A stretch of DNA of 64,000 nucleotides from Chloroflexota bacterium (GTDB lineage: Bacteria; Chloroflexota; UBA11872; VXNJ01): NCBI GenBank assembly GCA_965208775.1, contig OZ242360.1, positions 2,676,699 to 2,740,698 of the forward strand. The letters run 5' to 3'. Under the pieces are notes generated by a model, which was not told the origin of the DNA, ran no database searches, and saw only the letters and a program-made list of their open reading frames with translations. Made by a program: the position numbers and the translations under genes. Below are positions 37,613-45,895 of this stretch, piece by piece. Each line of letters begins with the position of its first letter. The stretch's first letter is position 1.

Positions 37613-37615
37613 ATC

Positions 37616-38095
37616 TCAGATATAGCGCCGATTCTTGCCCCATTCGATCCAAGCGACCGTCATGGCCTGAACGTTCCCGCGGTCGTCAGGACTCACTGGA
37701 GACTCCCTGGTAATGGCTCTGAGAGCCCAGAACCACTGTGCGTGAGAAACCTCTAGATCTCGCAAGATCATAGGAATGGCTGCCTTACCCATTCCTATGA
37801 TCTCTTGGTACGCGTGGTGCTGTGCAATAGTTGTTAGCGACGACAGATATGCCGTTTCCCGCTTCCACTTGCATGCCAGTTCTTCAAACTCCGCTTGGAG
37901 ATCGGCCTCGGCGTCGAGACTGTCCCGAGTGGGAAAGAAATTCTCGATCGTTTGCGCAAAGCCATTAATCGCCCCAGGGTCTCGCCGTGGATGCCACTGG
38001 CCGAGTGGACTTGTGTTGGATCCGTCGTCTAACTGAGTCCACGTGGAGGGTGGCGAGCCGTCCTGTGTGAGTTCGAGCAGACTCAGCGTTGTCAC
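37616..38095 (-). CDS. conserved hypothetical protein (middle gene of three-gene operon)
   Basis: 159 aa. The GTG start overlaps the upstream stop (GTGA). WKRETAYLSSLTTIAQHHAYQEIIGMGKAAIPMILRDL...WFWALRAITRESP pattern is seen in many uncharacterised proteins. Confidence 0.7.
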   Translation of the reverse strand: MTTLSLLELTQDGSPPSTWTQLDDGSNTSPLGQWHPRRDPGAINGFAQTIENFFPTRDSLDAEADLQAEFEELACKWKRETAYLSSLTTIAQHHAYQEIIGMGKAAIPMILRDLEVSHAQWFWALRAITRESPVSPDDRGNVQAMTVAWIEWGKNRRYI

Positions 38096-38454
38096 GACAC
38101 CTCCGGTGAATTGCCCTGTGGAACGTTCCGATCAGCCTCGCGCCACTCATCAATCTTGTCACCGATCCAATTATAGAGATTTTGCGCCTCGCTCATGCTC
38201 ATCAACACCTCGACCTCACATTCGCGCTGTATGTTGTCGGGCGAATCACGGCTGACTTCGGGTCCGAGCTTCCCATCAGGTGTCATTAGGTGTGTCACTG
38301 TCCGCGGTATTGAATGCCGCTGCGAGAAAAATGTGACCGAGAGTTCCCCATTCGGCGTGACTCCCCCCCACGCTCCATTAGAATGGACAACTCGAAAAAA
38401 GGGACTACGAACGAAGTCGAAACCGACTCGTTCGACATGCTTCTTTGTACTCAT
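38092..38454 (-). CDS. hypothetical protein (first gene of three-gene operon)
   Basis: 120 aa. The stop overlaps the next start by 4 nt. No domain recognised. Confidence 0.6.
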   Translation of the reverse strand: MSTKKHVERVGFDFVRSPFFRVVHSNGAWGGVTPNGELSVTFFSQRHSIPRTVTHLMTPDGKLGPEVSRDSPDNIQRECEVEVLMSMSEAQNLYNWIGDKIDEWREADRNVPQGNSPEVS

Positions 38455-38578
38455 GTAGGCAACTCTCTTCCATCAGTTGCTTAGATTTAGGCGCATCCCT
38501 CCCAAACGCAGCTAGGCATCAGGTCCCGCCACAAGGTCACACATGCTACAACAACGATGCTGAAAGTAGGCAGGCTGA

Positions 38579-38974
38579 TCAGGATATCGAGCCAGTCAAA
38601 CATGGCGGATGAGCCGATTCTTCGTCCTTCGCGTGCGCCATGGTCGCCAGGACACTCCGCCTAGGTTCTCCCTGGATTCGTAGGCCACTTTCAGTCACTC
38701 CGAGTGGATTCTCAACCGAGCACGCAGCAGGTCCTCGAGCGTCCGTTTGTCCGGACTGAGGCCCTCCACCAATTGCTTGACCTAGCAATTCACGTCTTCG
38801 AGGAAATCGAGTCGCTGCATCTCGCCGTCCCATGGCGACAAACCACTTCCTCCACCGGTCTAACGTCTGCTCGGCGATGCCCATCTTTTGACAGATCTCC
38901 ACCATGCTTTTCCCTCTCTCTTGCTGCTGCAAGGCGAAGGCGATCTGCCACGACGTGTACTAAGCCGCCTTCAT
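38579..38974 (-). pseudogene. IS3-family transposase OrfA/OrfB-start remnant
   Basis: MKAA-TAG-YTSWQIAFALQQQERGKSMVEICQKMGIAEQTLDRWRKWF (HTH of IS3 OrfA). A frameshift then gives MQRLDFLEDVN..VKQLVEGLSPDKRTLEDLL (leucine-zipper region). Truncated at about 38579. Confidence 0.6.
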
Positions 38975-39261
38975 GGTCGGCTCTCCCCTCTTCGACGGTA
39001 CGCGGAAAGCACTTCCCAGCGGAAGCAGTTTTCGGGGGAACGGCCAGGCGGACGCGTTGCAAACCGCACCGTCAGCCGGGCTCCGAATGACGCCGCCCCT
39101 GAGTCTTCCGGCCCTTTTCACACACAGGGCTTCAGGATTCTGCAAAGCTGTGCCACCGTCTTTCGCCTCTCTCTCGCCGCTTGTCCCCCTTTCTGCTCTC
39201 GTATAATTGTCAATACTGTGGATAACTGACCCGCTAGTCGGGGATGTCCTGTCCATAGTTC

Positions 39262-39498
39262 GTGGACAACCACGGGAGTAGGCGCATGAGTCCAGTCCTT
39301 GGCGTCGCGATTCTCGTGCTGTGCGTCTGGTTCCTCTTGGCCGTCGTCAGCTCTGCCATCGCCCTGCGTAAGAATCGCTCGGCAATGCGGTGGTACCTGC
39401 TCACCTTGCTCTTCGGCGTCGTCGCGTTTCTCCTGATCCTCTTCCTGCCATCGCTGCAACCAGTTCGCTTCCTGCCTCTCCAGCGCCTGCGGATCTAG
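39262..39498 (+). CDS. small two-TM membrane protein
   Basis: MSPVLGVAILVLCVWFLLAVVSSAIAL and WYLLTLLFGVVAFLLILFLP helices. More plausible than the antisense 39118..39612 ORF. Confidence 0.4.
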   Translation: MDNHGSRRMSPVLGVAILVLCVWFLLAVVSSAIALRKNRSAMRWYLLTLLFGVVAFLLILFLPSLQPVRFLPLQRLRI

Positions 39499-39909
39499 GC
39501 CTGCTCCTGAATTGACTCGAGACTCATTGCCGAATACGCGTAGCTTGACTCCTGGCGCGACTGGCTTCGGCGTTTCGGTCTGACTCCGATCTCCGACTGT
39601 TGCCCAACTCAAATGGTTATGGATGCGTGAATGAAACCACTGGTCACGCTCAGAGAATTGTCGCCGCTCGGCGCTGAGTCGACGTCCTCGGCATGGCCGT
39701 TGAAAACCGTCTTAATCACGGCTTCGCCGTCCTGCACCATCCCGCCTGCCGCCGGGCCATTGCCGGCGCGCTGCGCTTGGAGTGGCCCCGCATCTCGTTC
39801 TCCCGGCAGGTCCGATCCATCATCACTCTCAACCGCTGCCGACGCCCTCGTCCAATCCGCCGCCCGCAGGATGGAGCGATTCTGTAGTTGACCACGGTCA
39901 GTTCTTAAA

Positions 39910-40665
39910 ATGCCGGTGATGAACGCTACGAAGACAAACGAAGACGAATGCCGTGCCAAGCGGTGGTTGGAGTCGCAAGGTCACACCGACATCATCAGGC
40001 CGTGCGAGGACCCGCCGGACTTTGTCGTTGAAGGCTGTTACGCGGTCGAGGTACGCCGACTCAACTGGATGTCGGACATCGATGGCAAGTACGAAGGCAT
40101 CGAAAACTCTGAAAAGCCGTTGGAGAGATATGTCGAAGAGTTGCTGGAGCCATACTTGCCGGCACCCAACGGATACACGGTATTCGTTGACTGCAACTAC
40201 CCATGCGATCCCCCAATTCCAAAAAAGGACGTGATCGGCAGGGAAGTCAAAGCGGCTGTGGAGAAATTCAAAGAGGAGATGCGAAGGGGCTTGGAGTCGC
40301 GACGTTGTCGACGGCTATCGCTTGAATGTGGGATAGAACTCCTATTCTGGCCGGACAGAACGCCAGGCACCGGCGGATTCGAGCTCAATGACGTTGATGT
40401 TGCGACGGGCAATCGAGGTTTCGTAGTGAGAGACGCCATTGACAACGTCGTCCGCAGCATTCAGGAAAAGACGCGTAAGGTCGTGGGGCGAGACAGAGTT
40501 AACGATTTTACGGCGTGGTGGCTTGTGCTGGTCGATCATATCCACGCGGTGCCTTTGCGGGAGGTCGATTTGAACAAGATCCGACGGGCACTTCCCGGCA
40601 GTGACATTTGGTCGAGAGTGATCGTTGTGAGTCCGGAGAATCCCAAGTGGTTCTTCGAGTTGTGA
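39910..40665 (+). CDS. hypothetical protein with PD-(D/E)xK-like nuclease motif
   Basis: 251 aa. The N-terminal ECRAKRWLESQGHTDIIRPCEDPPDFVVEGCYAVEVRRL fits an E...PD-x(n)-(E)V(K/R) restriction-endonuclease-like core. Confidence 0.45.
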   Translation: MPVMNATKTNEDECRAKRWLESQGHTDIIRPCEDPPDFVVEGCYAVEVRRLNWMSDIDGKYEGIENSEKPLERYVEELLEPYLPAPNGYTVFVDCNYPCDPPIPKKDVIGREVKAAVEKFKEEMRRGLESRRCRRLSLECGIELLFWPDRTPGTGGFELNDVDVATGNRGFVVRDAIDNVVRSIQEKTRKVVGRDRVNDFTAWWLVLVDHIHAVPLREVDLNKIRRALPGSDIWSRVIVVSPENPKWFFEL

Positions 40666-40843
40666 CCGGCTGGGTCACTGAGAAACGGCCGTTGACAAGC
40701 CGGGCAGTGTTCTGCTTTAGAAGGAGCCTGCAGAGTCTCCTCCGTGAATCGGCAGCCTTGAGCACTAGGTCGGCGAGACTTTCGACCAAGCCGTAGTCGA
40801 GCGAAGGCGCCAGGCGCCCGCCGCAGAAGACCACCATCGCGTA

Positions 40844-40969
40844 TTAGAGTGTTGCTTGATACTCCTTTTGATCCTCGCGAAGTAGCTCCGCCGCGTATTC
40901 CGACATGCTGGCGTTGTCTTCGGAAAAAGAGGGTAGCCATTCCTCCAACTGCGGCGGAAGGCTCGACAT
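40844..40969 (-). CDS. possible very small RHH-like protein
   Basis: MSSLPPQLEEWLPSFSEDNASMSEYAAELLREDQKEYQATL resembles a ParD/CopG-type helix pair. No partner toxin seen. Confidence 0.25.
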   Translation of the reverse strand: MSSLPPQLEEWLPSFSEDNASMSEYAAELLREDQKEYQATL

Positions 40970-41456
40970 AAAGCGGACATGCTCCAGATGCTCAGGCCTT
41001 GGCCGACGTCCCGGTATCCGTCTACCTGGATTTACAGATCTTCCGGGACAACCGGCTCGTAGGAACATCTTCAGAAGCTCTCGCTATCCTCGTGCGGAAG
41101 CGGCTTTAGCTTAAGCGCGTCATTGATGCTGTAAGTCCGACCTTGAAGCGGGGCGTACTGTTTGCAGGCTCCGTTGCCGAACGTCTGAATCTCTACATCC
41201 GTGACGCCCATATCCCCATAGGCTTCCCGGCAGTGGAGTACCTGATCCTGGTTGGCGGCTCGGAAGCACGGGAACGCGATCAGCGCCCTGGTTGAACAAC
41301 ATCAAGGCTCTTCGACAGCGAGCCATCATCGCCGAATAGGAAGTCCGGGTCGTCACGTCGTCATCTTGAAACTCCGGCGACGTGGCTATGTCGAATTGCG
41401 GAAGAGTGGCGCTAACCTCGTGATCGCCAGTCCGGACAAATACTTCGCCTCGGCAG

Positions 41457-41657
41457 CTAGGCGGCCTTCACGGAGCAAGACCGACATACGATAACTTGCT
41501 GAAAGTGTTTCCGGGCCTCAATCGAAGCCGTGGAGTGCGACCCAAAGCGCCCAAGATGAAGGCGGCTCCACATGTCCGGCATCCGCAAGCATCCATGCCG
41601 ATGAAGTACATGGTCTCCGTTGGATTGCGGATTCTTGTCGACGTAATAGCTCACCAT
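41457..41657 (-). CDS. small Cys/His-rich conserved hypothetical protein (66 aa), paralogue of 1316..1516
   Basis: MVSYYVDKNPQSNGDHVLHRHGCLRMPDMWSRLHLGRFGSHSTASIEARKHFQQVIVCRSCS. The same RBS and upstream hairpin as the 1.5-kb copy. Confidence 0.65.
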   Translation of the reverse strand: MVSYYVDKNPQSNGDHVLHRHGCLRMPDMWSRLHLGRFGSHSTASIEARKHFQQVIVCRSCSVKAA

Positions 41658-42332
41658 GGCTAAGTTCCCCCTTTGGAACGGCCCACAACATTGTGGGACC
41701 TTCACGCGTCCATTTTACTAGGTTTCCCGCCTCCGGAACGAAGCGCCCCTGGCGCGGTATCGGCTTCCACGCCAGGGGCCAGGCGACGGTAGGTTGACGG
41801 TGAACCGTGTGGCGCAACAGGTGCGTAGGGGGCGGCGATGGGGCGTAGCCTGCGCTGGCAATCTCAGAGTCGCGCACAAGCGCCTATATAGCGCCTATAT
41901 ATAGAAAGAAGGTTTAGATAGAGCGGGAAGCACTGCTCGAAGGCGAAGAGTGAGAAGACCCGGCCTCCGACAGCGATCATGCGGTAGAGGGGGCAGTAGC
42001 TACCGGAAGCGGGGGCCCGCCAGGACTGCTGCGCGGTCATCCTTACAGCAGGCACATCTATGGAATGCAGGCGATACCCGACACGGCATGGAGCGAAGCG
42101 CGGGCGTCACCGCTCTGAGTTGACCCCATCACAGCACCGGATGAGAAGCCACTATTAGCAAGTCATCCGACCAGAGCAGAGTCAGACTAGACGGGGATTT
42201 GGCGCGGTCCGGATACCTGGGTACGTAAACCCTCAGGTTTACATAACTGGTGAGCCGCCCTGGCGGTCCGAGCGGAGAACTTGCGCCAAGGAGACGACCG
42301 GAATTGGGTCTCTGGTCAGACCGGCCGACGCC

Positions 42333-43316
42333 TCATCGAGGCTCAAGCTCCTGAATTCGCTGCGCGAACGCGTTGTGCAAGCCCTCCAGCATTTCCAGCA
42401 GCCATGCGTACTGTTCATCGCGCGTACCAAAAGCCTCGGCGGATGTCAGCTGGCGGACGACGATGCGGCATCTTCGACGATTCTGCTGCTTGATCCACTC
42501 AAGCGCATGGCCGATTTGGCTTTCGATGTCGGCCTGCTCGGCAAGGAGCTGATCGAAATAGTCATGGGCGTGGTCCAGGTCGTCAATGGCGACCTCGGCG
42601 CGCAACTCTTGGACGGAGAAATCTTCATCATCGGCATCACCGGTCGAGATGTAGGCGAAGAGGTAGAAGCGAGTTTTGCCTAAGCCCAAGCGCATCCAGT
42701 TCTGAGGACCGGGATTTGGAGGTGAGATAGGCGACCCATGTGCCTTGACGTGCTCTCGAAATCCGGTCCAAAAATCGAGCTGAAACCGTTTGGCGGGGCT
42801 GAGGTTGCCGGGTCTGGCGCGGCCGCCCTTGGTCCAGGAGTTCGGCTTGGAGACAACCTTGAAGTCCGGTGCCGGCAGGGAGTCGCCGATTCGGAACACC
42901 TCGATCTCCAGCCCGAAGAACTGGATGTCATCGGCCGAGATCTCATTGAGCCAGTCGAGGGCGGCGCGATGCTCGTCGGTGAACCGCCGCGCGATCCAGG
43001 CGATCGTGACGGCGTTGAGGCCTGCTGCGTAGGTGAGGATTTGACCGAGGTGGACGTGGTTGGAGGCTTCGAGCTGGTTTTCGACGAGTACCCAGTTGTC
43101 GGTGCCGACCTCCCTGCAGACCAGGTCGGCCCTGTAGGGGCCGACGTCCTTTTCGCGGCTCTCCAGCTCCAGTTCGATGCCCAGCTTGTCGCCGAGCAAG
43201 TCGAGGTTTTCCTTGACGGCGAGCCAGGGCGTGAATTGTTGCGGCTCGCTCTGCCAGATCTCGCGGAGGTCGAGCTGCACGAGCCTGCTCAACTGGGTGT
43301 GGCAGACGGACGGCAC
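42333..43316 (-). CDS. PD-(D/E)xK nuclease-like N-terminal domain plus DUF4268-like C-terminal domain protein
   Basis: IWQSEPQQFTPWLA...VGPYRADLVCREVGTDNWVLVENQLEASNHVHLGQILTYAAG...DEHRAALDWLN, then FWTGFREHV... The start is uncertain; I chose GTG at 43316 (track ORF extends to 43433). Confidence 0.65.
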   Translation of the reverse strand: MPSVCHTQLSRLVQLDLREIWQSEPQQFTPWLAVKENLDLLGDKLGIELELESREKDVGPYRADLVCREVGTDNWVLVENQLEASNHVHLGQILTYAAGLNAVTIAWIARRFTDEHRAALDWLNEISADDIQFFGLEIEVFRIGDSLPAPDFKVVSKPNSWTKGGRARPGNLSPAKRFQLDFWTGFREHVKAHGSPISPPNPGPQNWMRLGLGKTRFYLFAYISTGDADDEDFSVQELRAEVAIDDLDHAHDYFDQLLAEQADIESQIGHALEWIKQQNRRRCRIVVRQLTSAEAFGTRDEQYAWLLEMLEGLHNAFAQRIQELEPR

Positions 43317-43721
43317 GGGTGCCCCCTCGCTGAAAGAGATGTAGCGGGTTGTGCAATCCGTCAACGTCTGGCAGACCGCGAGGGAGCGCGAAGCTACACC
43401 TCGCGGGCAGGCCCGCCAGGACACGGATTGCACGAGTGGAATCTATCAAGCAGAGCCAGGGCCTGTCCACCGCTCCGATGTGCGCGGGGGTTGCGAGGCC
43501 GGTCAATCGGCAGACCGAGGCCGGTTGTGCCTTAGTCCGACACAGACTCCGACTTGGGGCCGGGACCGGGCCGTTGCCCTGCACTTCCGAGAGAGGGGCC
43601 AGGCGGCCGGTCGTGCACCGGGCCACAGGACTGTGCTCGTCCCGGGCGGGACAGCTCACGCCGACAGGAGCCGCCCGATAGCGGCATTGTCATCGGAGGC
43701 GGGACGCCGATGCGGGCCGTT

Positions 43722-45431
43722 TCAGTTGCTCGGTCCGGTTGCCGCTCTCAGGAACTCATCAATAACCTCATTGACGAGCTCCTTGACCTCATCCTTTTCA
43801 TTTATGGACCAGAGGCCTGCGATGCGCCCATCGTGGACGATCTCTTTGGCAATGCGCCTGCTAGCTTCAACGACTCCGGCGTCGATGTCCTCCGGGGCGC
43901 CGTTCTCACCGTCGGAGGCATGGTCTTGCCCGAGTTGCTCAAGAGCCGCCAGGCTCAAGAACGCCCACATGGGATCATCCGGGTTACCGCACGCGTCCAC
44001 GGCATCCACGAAGCGGCGGATAGCGGTGCGGCGATCGTCGAGCAGGTCGGCTACCTCGGCATAGACGATTTCGCAGTTTCTGAAGTAGGTAGACCGGATC
44101 AGGGTTACCGCGGCGGCGAGTCCGTCCAAGACGGTCAGCAGTTGCGCGGCGCGGTCGCGCAGCTGGATTTTGGTCTCGCCAAACTGATCGGGGATGCCCA
44201 GCCCCGTGGCTCGTGCGGCGGCTTCCAGGCGGGTGAGGAGGCGTGACCTACCGGCCAACTGCCGGCGAGCCGAGACCGGGTCGTGGACGATCCAGGTCTC
44301 CTCGTCGTCCAACGGTTCGATCGTCTCGACCGGAATACCGCCAAGGCGGGCCTTGCACCCTTGGTTGTTAACCCATTCGTTCCAACTTGCCAGCACGATG
44401 CCGGCTTCCACAGAGGCGTCAAGTCGAGAGCTGAGCTTGCGGGCGCGCCACTTCTGGTAGAGGGAGAAGTTGACATAGGGACGACCGTTGAAGTTGCGGC
44501 GTTTGCCGCGATAGGAGCGGACGCGGTCACGTGCGGCCCGGAGGGCGTCAAACCAGGAGGCGTCGTCGATCGGCGAGGCTTCTCCGTAGTCGTCGGTTCG
44601 GACGACGCGCTCCCAGCCGAGCTGGTGCAAGTCTGCGGAGTCGCGCTGAGACCAGCCGCCGTCGCGGAGGATGACACCCAGTTCGGCCAGTTCGAGGGCG
44701 GTGATGTCGATCCAACGGCCTTCGAGCAGTGGCGCCGAGCGGAGGAAAAGATGCGGCGAGTCGTTCAGCGAGACTCGCTTGCCCGGCTCGATTTGTCCGG
44801 ACCTTGCGAGGCGTCTGATCTCGCGTTCGACCCGGCGGGATTTCCTTATCGCGCAATCGTATGAAATCTCTTCCTCGCTATTGTTCTCAAGTTCCTGGTT
44901 AATCCACCTATCGATAGTCCCCAAGTCGTGGAGGTTGATCCAGGACTCGACGTAGTGAGGGAGGGCGGCCTCGACCGCGGCGGCCGTCTCGGTATCAAGC
45001 GGGTAGGGCATGTCGAAACACGCCGTGACCCACGTCTGCTCGGCGTCGCACCGGCGAAGCACATCGAGCACGATACTGCGATATTCGGAAAACAGGAGCG
45101 GGGTGGTGGCATCGGCGCGAGCGATCTCAGCGCAGATGCGATAGTTCATCTGAAAGTGGATGTCCCAGAGGAAGACTACGTCGCGAAGATACTGCCGGAG
45201 AAACCTCTTGATTGTTGGGTCAGGTTGTTTCTTAGTTATCTTGAAGGCGGCGTTTCGTGCCATCTGGGTCATCCGGTGGCGTGGCAACCCGGTCCAATGA
45301 GAGTCTCTGAGGATCCGCAGATACTCGACCATAGATGGCACTCGCGAGATCGTGATGAGTTCACGAAGGACCATCTCGGTCGGGTCCAGATCCTCGCAGA
45401 GGTCCTCAAGTCGTCTGGCTTTCGACTTCAA
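43722..45431 (-). CDS. large hypothetical protein (569 aa), third gene of the methyltransferase operon
   Basis: The TTG start overlaps the upstream stop (TTGA). No Walker, nuclease or other motif that I can recognise. Non-repetitive, helical-looking composition. Confidence 0.7.
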   Translation of the reverse strand: MKSKARRLEDLCEDLDPTEMVLRELITISRVPSMVEYLRILRDSHWTGLPRHRMTQMARNAAFKITKKQPDPTIKRFLRQYLRDVVFLWDIHFQMNYRICAEIARADATTPLLFSEYRSIVLDVLRRCDAEQTWVTACFDMPYPLDTETAAAVEAALPHYVESWINLHDLGTIDRWINQELENNSEEEISYDCAIRKSRRVEREIRRLARSGQIEPGKRVSLNDSPHLFLRSAPLLEGRWIDITALELAELGVILRDGGWSQRDSADLHQLGWERVVRTDDYGEASPIDDASWFDALRAARDRVRSYRGKRRNFNGRPYVNFSLYQKWRARKLSSRLDASVEAGIVLASWNEWVNNQGCKARLGGIPVETIEPLDDEETWIVHDPVSARRQLAGRSRLLTRLEAAARATGLGIPDQFGETKIQLRDRAAQLLTVLDGLAAAVTLIRSTYFRNCEIVYAEVADLLDDRRTAIRRFVDAVDACGNPDDPMWAFLSLAALEQLGQDHASDGENGAPEDIDAGVVEASRRIAKEIVHDGRIAGLWSINEKDEVKELVNEVIDEFLRAATGPSN

Positions 45432-45895
45432 TTTAGAGATGCGTCCTTGGGGCCGTCGACCTCGGCCGGATCGATATCGAAGGGAGAGGCGAGGTCCGGC
45501 GAGCGCGCGCCCATGGCAGCCCTGATGTCGGCGAAGCCCTGTTCGAATTGGCCCTTGTCGTGGAGTTTCAACAAGACTTCACCGACACGCGCAATGGCAT
45601 AGCAACGGGTGGTGGAAGTCTCCATGCCGAGGAGATCGAAGGCGGCGATTTCGACGAAGCGGCGTAGGCCCTCGATCGAATCGAGATTCTCGGGGAGGTT
45701 GAAGGCGCCCTCGATGGTCTTCTCGCGGCGGCGGCGTAGCCCGCCGAGGCGCCTCGCTTTGGCCGCGTCCTGCTTGTGATCGGGGTGGTGCCAGAAGCAA
45801 AAGTCCTCGTCGCGCATGGGATTGGCGCGGCAAGGCAAGCCGTCCTCCTTGACGTGGGTGCAGCGGGGTCCACGGGGGTTAGGTCCTAAGAACAT
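45428..45895 (-). CDS. hypothetical protein with N-terminal Cys/His cluster
   Basis: Start trimmed to MFLGPNPRGPRCTHVKEDGLPCRANPMRDEDFCFWHH (C-x9-C-x11-C-x2-HH zinc-ribbon-like). Overlaps the methyltransferase end by 10 nt. Confidence 0.6.
   Translation of the reverse strand: MFLGPNPRGPRCTHVKEDGLPCRANPMRDEDFCFWHHPDHKQDAAKARRLGGLRRRREKTIEGAFNLPENLDSIEGLRRFVEIAAFDLLGMETSTTRCYAIARVGEVLLKLHDKGQFEQGFADIRAAMGARSPDLASPFDIDPAEVDGPKDASLN

Noticed and set aside
14522-38962. Amber (TAG) codon reassignment or pyrrolysine decoding as the explanation for the in-frame TAGs.
   Set aside because: Several well-supported genes in the window terminate at TAG at the position expected from homology. Two of the four interrupted genes are obvious IS debris that also carry frameshifts.
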